Shown: positions 7,894 to 16,218 of the stretch, one piece after another
Layout of the letters: the number at the start of each line of letters is the position of its first letter
Position numbering within the stretch: the stretch's first letter is position 1
Program-made: the position numbers and the translations under genes
The notes under the pieces: model-generated
Seen by the model: the letters and a program-made list of their open reading frames with translations, nothing else
The model's database searches: none
What the model was told of the DNA's origin: nothing
Assembly (NCBI GenBank): GCA_033581555.1
Contig: JAVQSZ010000007.1
Span: forward strand, 1-64,000
DNA length: 64,000 nt
From: Nitrososphaerota archaeon
GTDB lineage: Archaea > Thermoproteota > Nitrososphaeria_A > Caldarchaeales > Calditenuaceae
Direction of reading: 5' to 3'

Positions 7894-10338
7894 GTGATCT
7901 TCAAGGGCCTCGGGTCTCAGGACATCGCGGAGCTCGAGATCAGGGCCGGGAACATCGACCTCTTCTTCTACAACCTGAAGACCGAGGCTGCGAGGGCGCT
8001 CAGGGCCCGGGGCGACATCAGGCTGGTGGAGGTCCCGTCATCGATGGTCTCGATCGTCCTCAACCCCGCTCCCGCCCCTCCGGGGGAGCTCAACCCGTTC
8101 TCGATTAGGGAGGTGAGGTACGCGATGCAGTTCGTCGTCGACAGGGAGACGATCGCTTCTAGGTTCTATGGAGGCATGGCGGTCCCGATGTACTCGCACG
8201 TCTCGCCGGTGGACTTGGACCACCTCACGGTCGAGGACGCGGTCGCTAGGCGCGGGATAAGGTACGACCCAGAGTACGCGAGGCAGGTCGTCGGAGAGGC
8301 GATGAGGAGGGCAGGGGCTGAGCTGAGGGAAGGCGTCTGGCACTACGGGGGGAAGCCCGTGACGGTCAGGGTGATCGTTAGGCCCGAGGACGAGAGGAGG
8401 GAGATAGGCCTGGCCTTCGCTGCTGAGCTGAGGAGGCTCGGGTTCAACGTCGAGGAGATCCTGCTCGAGTTCGGGCCCGCGATCCAAAGGGTCTACTCGA
8501 CCGACCCGAGGACGTTCGCGTGGCACGCCTACACGGAGGGCTGGGGGAGGGGCGCGGTGGGCAGGTACGACTCTGCGGGGATCAACCAGTTCTGCGCTCC
8601 GTGGTTGGGCAACATGCCCGGCTGGAGGGAGGTGGGCTTCTGGCAGTACGAGAACCCGAGGCTCGACGAGCTCGGCCAGAGGATCTTCAGGGGCGAGTTC
8701 AGGGACTTCGGGGAGCGGAACGAGCTCTACAGGGCCGCGACCGACCTCTGCCTCGAGGAGTCGGTGAGGGTCTGGGTCGTGACGGTGATCAACTCCCACC
8801 CGGTCGCGCCCGGCGTCAGGAACCTGATCACGGACCTGGTAGCTGGCGTCAGGTCGGTCTTCAGCCTCAGGGAGGCCTCCGTCGAGGGCAGGAACGTCAT
8901 CAGGGTCGGGCACCTCTGGGTCGACACGGAGAGGACCACCTGGAACCCGGTCGGGGGCTTCGGGGACGTCTACAGCGTCGACATCTGGAGGTACCTGGTC
9001 GACCCGCCGCTGGTCAGGGACCCCGTCTCCGGCAGGACCGTGCCCTTCAGGTCCGACTTCAAGGTCGAGACCGCAGGCCCGACTGGTACCCTAGCCGTGC
9101 CTCCCGACGCCTTAACTTGGAACGCCGACGCCGCCGGCTGGAGGAGGGTGATGCCGGGAACGACCGCGAGGAGCAAAGTTACTTTCGACATGTCCAAGTA
9201 CATCGGGGCCAAGTGGCACCACGGCCAGACCATAACGTGGGCGGACGTCCTCTATTCCATCTACCAGGCCTTCGACATATCATACAATCCCAACAAGAAC
9301 AGAATAGAGACGGCGATTGCGGTGACCAGCAGGCCCTACCTCGAGACCATTAAGGGGATAAGGATCGTGGGAGACAGGTACCTCGAGGTCTACGTCGACT
9401 ACTGGGACTTCGAGACTGACAAGATCGCGGAGTACGCGGCCATCGGGTTCCCGTCGATGCCCTGGGAGGTCCTCGCGGCCATGGACGAGCTCGTCTTCGG
9501 CAGGAGGAGGGCCGCGTACAGCGACACAGCCGCGTTCAGGTTCAACGTCGTCTGGATCAACCTGGTGAAGGAGCTCCACGGCCGGATGCTCGTCGACGCG
9601 CTCAGGTCCTTCGCTGAGAGGAGGTACGTCCCCGCAAACGTCTTCACGCTCGAGGGCAGAACCCTCGTGTCCCCCGACGAGGCCCTCCGCAGGTACGAGG
9701 CCGCTGTCTCCTGGTTCAACGCGAGGAGGCACTTGGTGATCAGCAACGGCCCCTTCTACCTCGAGAGGTTCGACGGCGCCGCCCAGACCGCGGAGATCTC
9801 GGCCTTCAGGGACGCCACGTACCCGTTCTCGAGGGGGAGCTTCCTGGGCTTCGCGAAGGAGGCGAGGCTTCCGACCGCCTCACCTGAGGGTCGGCTCGAG
9901 ATCCCGATAGGGGCAGAGGCTGTGATCGCATTCAGGGTGACCGGAGACCCAGGGACGAAGGCGAGCGTCAGAGTCTACGAGGCTGGGACCGGGAAGGTCG
10001 TCTTCAGGTCCGCAGACCTGCCGGTCGTCGACGGGAGGCTCCGCGTCTCGCTCCCTGCGGCGGCGACGTCCCAGCTCAGGAGGGGTCTGGTCGTGGTCGA
10101 CGTCAGCCTCTACAACCCCGAGACGCTAGGCGTCGTGAGGACCCTTAGGTTCACCACGGAGGCCCTGCCCGCGGGAGCCCAGCCTCCCCAAGTGGTCCAG
10201 ACGCCGACGGCCCCTGCCCCTGCAACCCAGCAGCCTCAGCAGCTCCCGCTGACCCTCGTCGCGGTCGTGGCCGCGGTCGCGGTCGCGGCGGTCTCGGCGG
10301 CCCTCGTGGTAGTCGTCATGAGGAGGAGGAAGGGCTAG
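7894..10338 (+). CDS. ABC transporter family-5 (Opp/Dpp-like) substrate-binding protein with C-terminal anchor; true start uncertain
   Basis: NPFSIREVRYAM, WHHGQTITWADV, ISNGPFYL, Pro/Thr/Gln linker plus TM. An in-frame signal-like segment lies upstream at 7786-7893. Confidence 0.88.
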   Translation: MIFKGLGSQDIAELEIRAGNIDLFFYNLKTEAARALRARGDIRLVEVPSSMVSIVLNPAPAPPGELNPFSIREVRYAMQFVVDRETIASRFYGGMAVPMYSHVSPVDLDHLTVEDAVARRGIRYDPEYARQVVGEAMRRAGAELREGVWHYGGKPVTVRVIVRPEDERREIGLAFAAELRRLGFNVEEILLEFGPAIQRVYSTDPRTFAWHAYTEGWGRGAVGRYDSAGINQFCAPWLGNMPGWREVGFWQYENPRLDELGQRIFRGEFRDFGERNELYRAATDLCLEESVRVWVVTVINSHPVAPGVRNLITDLVAGVRSVFSLREASVEGRNVIRVGHLWVDTERTTWNPVGGFGDVYSVDIWRYLVDPPLVRDPVSGRTVPFRSDFKVETAGPTGTLAVPPDALTWNADAAGWRRVMPGTTARSKVTFDMSKYIGAKWHHGQTITWADVLYSIYQAFDISYNPNKNRIETAIAVTSRPYLETIKGIRIVGDRYLEVYVDYWDFETDKIAEYAAIGFPSMPWEVLAAMDELVFGRRRAAYSDTAAFRFNVVWINLVKELHGRMLVDALRSFAERRYVPANVFTLEGRTLVSPDEALRRYEAAVSWFNARRHLVISNGPFYLERFDGAAQTAEISAFRDATYPFSRGSFLGFAKEARLPTASPEGRLEIPIGAEAVIAFRVTGDPGTKASVRVYEAGTGKVVFRSADLPVVDGRLRVSLPAAATSQLRRGLVVVDVSLYNPETLGVVRTLRFTTEALPAGAQPPQVVQTPTAPAPATQQPQQLPLTLVAVVAAVAVAAVSAALVVVVMRRRKG

Positions 10339-10345
10339 CGGGCGG

Positions 10346-11386
10346 ATGATCAGGAGGCTCCTCGCACGCGCCCTGACGCTCACAGCTGTCCTCCTAGTGG
10401 TCCTTGTCCTGCTGACCGTGGTCCTCGGCGCCACCGGCTACTCGGACAGGATCGTCCAGTCGATCATCGGGGAGCAGCTCAGGTCGATGAGGGAGGGCTT
10501 GGCCCAGAGGATCAGGGACCCGGAGGAGCTGGAGAGGGCGCTCGCGGAGCTGAAGTCGGAGATGGAGCGGGCCTACGGGCTCGACAGGCCCTGGTACGCC
10601 AGGATCCCGGAGACCGTCCTCAGGGTGATGACCCTGGACCTAGGGGACGCGAGGACCGCGAGGAGCACCTCGGGTAGCACGAAGGTCGTCGACATCCTCT
10701 CCGAGAGAATCCCGAACACCGTGGTCCTGGTAACGACTTCGCTCCTGATCTCGGCGCTGCTGGGCCTCTACATCGGCGCATCGCTCGCGAAGAGGGTCGG
10801 GAGCAGGCTCGAGAGGCTCGTGACTTACCTCTCCGCGGTCTCGAACAGCCTCCCTAGCTGGTGGACGGGGATCCTGCTGCTGATAGTCTTCGCGTACCAG
10901 CTCAGGTTCTTCCCGGGTTCCGGGATGCTGAGCAGCCCTCCGCCCGAGGGCGCCCTCGAGAGGGCCCTGGACGTCCTCTGGCACTCGGTCCTCCCGGTCA
11001 CGACGCTGGTGCTGATCTCGATAGGGCCCTCGATCTACGCCAGCAGGACCCTCCTCCTCAACGTAGCCCAGGAGGACTTCGTCTCGGTCGCGAGGTCCAA
11101 GGGCCTCCCGGAGAGGGTCGTCTCGGTCAGGTACGTCCTCAGGCCGGCCTCGCCCCCCATCGTCACGGGCCTCGCCCTCTCGCTCCCGGCGTCGCTCGGC
11201 GGCGCGATACTCACCGAGACCGTCTTCAACTGGCCAGGGATGGGGAGGCTCTACTACAACGCGGTCGTCATGGGGGACGAGGTCCTGATCGTCGCGCTGA
11301 CGTACCTCTTCACGCTGATGTACGTCGCCGCCAGGTTCGTCCTCGAGGTCCTCTACCAGTTCCTCGACCCGAGGGTGAGAATCTAG
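10346..11386 (+). CDS. ABC transporter permease (OppB/DppB-like)
   Basis: QEDFVSVARSKGLPE, GGAILTETVFNWPGMG, LDPRVR. Confidence 0.92.
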   Translation: MIRRLLARALTLTAVLLVVLVLLTVVLGATGYSDRIVQSIIGEQLRSMREGLAQRIRDPEELERALAELKSEMERAYGLDRPWYARIPETVLRVMTLDLGDARTARSTSGSTKVVDILSERIPNTVVLVTTSLLISALLGLYIGASLAKRVGSRLERLVTYLSAVSNSLPSWWTGILLLIVFAYQLRFFPGSGMLSSPPPEGALERALDVLWHSVLPVTTLVLISIGPSIYASRTLLLNVAQEDFVSVARSKGLPERVVSVRYVLRPASPPIVTGLALSLPASLGGAILTETVFNWPGMGRLYYNAVVMGDEVLIVALTYLFTLMYVAARFVLEVLYQFLDPRVRI

Positions 11387-12775
11387 TTGTCCCCAGAGAG
11401 CCCCTGGAGGCTCCTGATATCGACGTGGTCAGGGAGAGTAGGGGTCTCCCTCCTGATCGCGATGGTCTCGATCTCGGCGCTCGTCCTGCTCCTGATGCCC
11501 CTCGACTTCGGGACCCGCTACTGGAACGACCCAGCCCACTGGGTGGAGCTGCCGAGGGCCGTCCCGCCGGAGTGGCAAGCGTGGGTCACCGGTTCCCCCT
11601 ACTTCCCTCAGACCGAGGTCCGGCTCGCGAAGGTCTCGGAGGACGCCGGGCTGGTCACCTACGCTGCCAGGTTCAGGTACGACCGTGACGCGCTCCCCTC
11701 CCATGCGGTCGTCGTGCTGCGGGGCCTCAGGTTCTCCGGCGACCCGCCTACGGTCGCGGTCGACGTTTACAGGCCCGACGGCCTCCGGCTGCCGCTCGCG
11801 AGGGTCTCGGTCCCACGGCCCTCTCCCTTCGAGGCCCCGCCGTACGTCAGGTGGTCAGACCAGCCCCTGAGGGTAGCACCCGAGGGCTCCCAGGACTTCG
11901 CCGCTGCGCTGAGGGACTGGTTCGCGACCGCTTACCGCGCCGAACTAACCTCTGCCTCCTCGAGGCTCGCCTTCGCGATACCCGCTCCTGAGGGCCCTGC
12001 CCCGCTGAAGGGGGAGTACGTCTTCGTCGCGAGGCTCTTCGGTTCGCCGGGAGACGGGATCGACTCGGTCTCGGTGGTGCTGGGGGGCTCGCACTACGGG
12101 CTCGTCGGGACCGACGTGGTCGGAAGAGACCTCTTCCTCGGGCTCCTCTACGGCTTTCCCGTCGCCCTCGGGATAGGCGCCTTCGCCTCGGTGCTGGTGA
12201 CCTCGATCGGGACGCTCCTCGGCCTCCTCAGCGGTTACTACAGGGGCCTCCTCGAGGAGGCGATCCAGAGAGTCGCTGACGTGATCGCGAACGTCCCCCT
12301 CCTCCCGATTCTCGTCTTCCTCTCCTTCCTCCTCAGGCCGAACATCCTCACGATCATGGCGATCCTGGTGGCCTTCTCGTGGCCGGGGCTCGCGATCGTC
12401 GTCAGGTCGATGGTCCTCCAGGTGGTCGAGATGCCCTTCGTCGAGGCCGCGAAGGCAGGGGGCGCGAGCGACTCGAGGGTGATCCTCCTCCACGTCCTCC
12501 CCCAGATCGCCCCCTATGTCGCTGCACAGATGGTCTTCTTCGTGCCGTCGGCGATCCTCGCAGAGGCCGGTCTCAGCTTCCTAGGGCTCGGTGACCCGAC
12601 TATTCCAACGTGGGGTCAGATACTAGAGCTCGGGTTCAGGACCGGTGCGGTCTTCACGGGGTACTGGTGGTGGGTCATACCTCCGGGCATCCTGCTGATG
12701 GTGACTGGGGTCGCGTTCGCGTCTCTGGCGCTCGGACTCGAGCCGCTAGTAAACCCGAGGCTCAGGAAGATTTAA
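11387..12775 (+). CDS. ABC transporter permease (OppC/DppC-like) with large extracellular loop
   Basis: GTDVVGRDL, FVEAAKAGGAS, AEAGLSFLGLG, PTWGQIL, WWWVIPPG. Confidence 0.92.
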   Translation: MSPESPWRLLISTWSGRVGVSLLIAMVSISALVLLLMPLDFGTRYWNDPAHWVELPRAVPPEWQAWVTGSPYFPQTEVRLAKVSEDAGLVTYAARFRYDRDALPSHAVVVLRGLRFSGDPPTVAVDVYRPDGLRLPLARVSVPRPSPFEAPPYVRWSDQPLRVAPEGSQDFAAALRDWFATAYRAELTSASSRLAFAIPAPEGPAPLKGEYVFVARLFGSPGDGIDSVSVVLGGSHYGLVGTDVVGRDLFLGLLYGFPVALGIGAFASVLVTSIGTLLGLLSGYYRGLLEEAIQRVADVIANVPLLPILVFLSFLLRPNILTIMAILVAFSWPGLAIVVRSMVLQVVEMPFVEAAKAGGASDSRVILLHVLPQIAPYVAAQMVFFVPSAILAEAGLSFLGLGDPTIPTWGQILELGFRTGAVFTGYWWWVIPPGILLMVTGVAFASLALGLEPLVNPRLRKI

Positions 12776-12803
12776 CGAAGCGCTTTGTGCTGGTCTTCTG
12801 TTA

Positions 12804-14981
12804 TCAGAGCGTTATTATAGAATAGATGAACAGCGGAATGAATACTAAGCTCAGGGTGTTCAGCAGCTTGATGAGGATGTGTAGCGATGGGGCATAGGTG
12901 TCCTTCATCGGGTCCCCGACCGTGTCCCCGACGACCGCGGCCTTGTGGGCGTCGGAACCCTTCCTACCCGCGATCTCGAGGTACTTCTTCGCGTTGTCCA
13001 TCGCCGCGCCCCCATAGAACCCGACGATCGCGAGCGGTATCGCGGAGACCGTAGCGCCGATCACCAGCGCTCCCACGGCCCTCCACCCGAGAAGCGCGCC
13101 CACCAGTATCGGGGCGAGCGTGACGACGAGCGTCGGGGTGACCATTAGCCTGAGCGCGGTCTTCGTGGAGATGTCGACGCACCTGCCGTACTCGGGCCTC
13201 GCGGCGCCGTTGAGGAGTCCCGGTATAGTCCGGAACTGCCTCCTGACCTCCTCGACCATCTGGAAGGCCCCAGTAGCGACGGCGTTGACCGCGTACCCCG
13301 AGAAGAGGAACGGGATCATCGCGCCCACGAAGAGTCCTATCAGGACGGTCGGGGAGTTGAGCTGGAGCTGGTTCGAGAGCTGCTCGATCTGGATTAGGAG
13401 GTTCCGGGACTGGGCCGGCGTCAGGTGGCTGAGCTCGATGATCCCCGCGAGGTACCTCCCGACCTCGAGCAGGAACGCCTGGAACAGCAAGAGGGCCGCG
13501 AGGGCCGCCGAACCCATCGCGTAGGACTTCGTTAGGGCCTTCGTCGTGTTGCCCAGCGCGTCCAGGGGCTCGAGCCTGTCTCTGATCTCCTTCGGCGCGT
13601 TCGCCATCTCAGCTATCCCACCCGCGTTGTCGACGATCGGCCCTACACCGTCCATCGTCAGGACGAAGCCCGCGGTCGAGAGCATACCCATCGTGGCCAT
13701 CGTGGTCCCGAAGACTCCGCCCAGGAAGAGGTCCGGGAGGCCGGCAGCCCTAGCCCACTCGACGCCGAGCAAGTAGGAGACGATGATAGCGATCACGACC
13801 GTTATCACGGGAAGCGCGGTGGAGATCATCCCGACCGCGAGGCCGGAGACCACGGTGAGGGCTGGCCCGGACTCGCTGTTGCTGGCGATCGCGCCCACGT
13901 ACCTGGACTTCAGGCTGGTGTAGATCTCGCTGTAGAACATGATGAGGATACCGGCGATCAGCCCGACGATCATCGAGGCGTAGAGCGGTATGAAGTGCGG
14001 CCCGAATATGATCGAGGAGATCACGTACATCAGCGCGGCCGCGACGACCGACGTTACGATCAGCCCGTTCCTGAGGGGTTCGATCGCGTCCCTGAAGCCC
14101 CTCTGGAAGACCGCCCACCCGACTCCCGCTAGCGTCGCGACTACGCCGACGGCCCTTACCAAGAGCGGCATCACGACGTAGTCCTCGTTGATCTTCTGGA
14201 AGAGGACTATCGAGACCATCAGCGCGATGATCATGCCTCCGAGGTTCTCTGCGGTCACGGACTCGAAGAGGTCGGCTCCCCTACCCGCCTCGTCGCCGAC
14301 GTTGTCGCCCACCTGGTCCGCGATCACCGCCGGGTTCCTCGGGTCGTCCTCGGGTATCCCGACCTCGACCTTGCCGACGAGGTCTGCGCCGATGTCGGCG
14401 CTCTTCGTGTAGATCCCGCCCCCGAGCTGCGCGAAGAGGGCCGCGAGGCTCGCCCCGAACCCGAAGCCCGCCAGGATGCCGGGGTCCCTGAAGACCCAGT
14501 AGAGGATTGAGAGGCCCAGCAGGCTCATCGCGATGACCGCGAGCCCGAGAGCCGCGCCCCCGAGCGTCGCGACCCTGAGCGAGGAGACCGAGTCCTTGGA
14601 GGCGGCGTAGGCGGTCCTGACGTTGGCCCTAGTCGCGGAGTCCATCGCGATGCTCGCGGCTATCAGCGAGAAGGTCACGCCGAGCAGGAAGCTGCCGCCG
14701 ATCGAGAGGCCGTACCAGAGCCCACCCATCGCGGGGAAGGCGCTGAAGCTCCCGACTATCAAGAGGAAGATGAAAGCCGCGATGACGTAGATCGTCTTGT
14801 ACTGCCTCTTCAGGTAGGCGGCCGAGCCCTCCCTGATCGCGGCCCAGACGGAGACGAAGGGCTCGGGGCCCTTCGGGTACCTCTCGACAAGCATCACGAA
14901 CGCGACCGCCGTCAGCGCTCCGAGGGCTCCAAGGGCCGTGGTGAGGACCATCGGGTCTATCCACATCGCTTTCGGACTCAC
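12804..14981 (-). CDS. hppA: Membrane H+-translocating pyrophosphatase, predicted K+-independent
   Basis: ADIGADLVGKVE, EDDPRNP, DNAGGIAEM, GDTVGDPMKD. GNTTK carries Lys at the K+-dependence position. Confidence 0.95.
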   Translation of the reverse strand: MSPKAMWIDPMVLTTALGALGALTAVAFVMLVERYPKGPEPFVSVWAAIREGSAAYLKRQYKTIYVIAAFIFLLIVGSFSAFPAMGGLWYGLSIGGSFLLGVTFSLIAASIAMDSATRANVRTAYAASKDSVSSLRVATLGGAALGLAVIAMSLLGLSILYWVFRDPGILAGFGFGASLAALFAQLGGGIYTKSADIGADLVGKVEVGIPEDDPRNPAVIADQVGDNVGDEAGRGADLFESVTAENLGGMIIALMVSIVLFQKINEDYVVMPLLVRAVGVVATLAGVGWAVFQRGFRDAIEPLRNGLIVTSVVAAALMYVISSIIFGPHFIPLYASMIVGLIAGILIMFYSEIYTSLKSRYVGAIASNSESGPALTVVSGLAVGMISTALPVITVVIAIIVSYLLGVEWARAAGLPDLFLGGVFGTTMATMGMLSTAGFVLTMDGVGPIVDNAGGIAEMANAPKEIRDRLEPLDALGNTTKALTKSYAMGSAALAALLLFQAFLLEVGRYLAGIIELSHLTPAQSRNLLIQIEQLSNQLQLNSPTVLIGLFVGAMIPFLFSGYAVNAVATGAFQMVEEVRRQFRTIPGLLNGAARPEYGRCVDISTKTALRLMVTPTLVVTLAPILVGALLGWRAVGALVIGATVSAIPLAIVGFYGGAAMDNAKKYLEIAGRKGSDAHKAAVVGDTVGDPMKDTYAPSLHILIKLLNTLSLVFIPLFIYSIITL

Positions 14982-15103
14982 GTTTCGCAGAGATTTAAAC
15001 CGAACCCGGCACGGTTATCGGTAGTTAAATGGCGGGCACGCGTCCGCGGAAAGCGGGTCCCACCGCGGAGCGAAAAAGGGTCCCCGGCGAAGGGTTGGCT
15101 CGG

Positions 15104-15529
15104 TTACGGCGGATAGATCTTGATCGCGAGCACCGGGCAGGCGGACTCGCAGGCCATGCAGAAGATGCAGTCGGACTCCCTGACCGGGTCGGACTTGTCG
15201 GTCCTGTACTTCTCCCAGAGCTCCCTGTCGTTGTTCGGGTCGATCACCTTGTCCTTGCCGGAGCCCGACTGGCCGGGGTTGAGGAACCACTCGAAGACGT
15301 TGACCGGACAGACGTCCATGCAGGCCCCGTCGGCGACGCACGAGTCCCAGTCGACCGCGACGACCGATCCGTGTATCCCTAACTTCGTCGGGTAGGGCTT
15401 GCCCTCCGCGTCCAACCTCTGGACGCCCTCGCCCCAGACGTCGTGGTTGTGGTGCGTCCCGGTCTTGGTGAGCTTGTTCTTGAAGTCAGGGTCGATCGGC
15501 GCCGACTTGAAGTCTACCTGCCTGACCAT
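15104..15529 (-). CDS. zfx: Zinc-containing dicluster ferredoxin
   Basis: His-rich N-terminal extension (HHNHDVWG..LGIHG), CVADGAC...CP and CIFCMAC...CP, as in Sulfolobus/Thermoplasma Zn ferredoxins. Confidence 0.9.
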   Translation of the reverse strand: MVRQVDFKSAPIDPDFKNKLTKTGTHHNHDVWGEGVQRLDAEGKPYPTKLGIHGSVVAVDWDSCVADGACMDVCPVNVFEWFLNPGQSGSGKDKVIDPNNDRELWEKYRTDKSDPVRESDCIFCMACESACPVLAIKIYPP

Positions 15530-15645
15530 GTCACGACTCGCTCTCTAACGCTCCGTGATATAGTTTACATCAGAGAGCGCCCGTGGAGCTTCCACAAACG
15601 GCCCTGGCGAAAGGCGGATAAGATCGGCGCTGCGACCCACATCGG

Positions 15646-16218
15646 ATGAGGATAGCCCTGGACCTCGACGGCGTGCTGGCGAACACGATGAAGGTCTGGC
15701 TGGAGATCTGGAACGCGGAGCGGTTCCCCAGGCTCGAGTACGAGTCGGTCGACGAGTGGGACTTCTGGAAGAGGCTCGGGATAACGGAGGCCGAGTTCGG
15801 GGCGATGTTCTCCAGGGCGTGGAGCAGGTGGCCCGAGATACCTCCGGCCGAGGACCGGCTGGCCGAGAAGGTCAGGGCGCTCTCGGAGCTCGGGAAGGTC
15901 GACGTTGTCACGGGGAGACCGAAGGAGGACGAGCGTCACATCAGGTCGTGGCTGGAGCTCCACTCGGTCGAGTACAGGGCCCTGGTGATAGGCGTGGCGA
16001 GGAAGGCGGAGCTCGGTTACGACGTCTACATCGACGACTCGCCGAGGCTCGCGGAGGACCTGGTCGGGAGGAGGGGGGTGCTGCTCCTCAGGGACCAGCC
16101 CTGGAACAAGAGCGTGCGTGATGACTCCAAGGTCAGGAGGATAAGGGGCCTCGAGGACGCGATCGGAATCCTCGGCGGCGAGGGAGTCACCGGGCCGCGG
16201 CGACGGCGTACGCCTTGA
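15646..16218 (+). CDS. HAD superfamily 5'(3')-nucleotidase-like protein
   Basis: DLDGVLA, VTGR, YIDDSP, QPWN. Confidence 0.85.
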   Translation: MRIALDLDGVLANTMKVWLEIWNAERFPRLEYESVDEWDFWKRLGITEAEFGAMFSRAWSRWPEIPPAEDRLAEKVRALSELGKVDVVTGRPKEDERHIRSWLELHSVEYRALVIGVARKAELGYDVYIDDSPRLAEDLVGRRGVLLLRDQPWNKSVRDDSKVRRIRGLEDAIGILGGEGVTGPRRRRTP

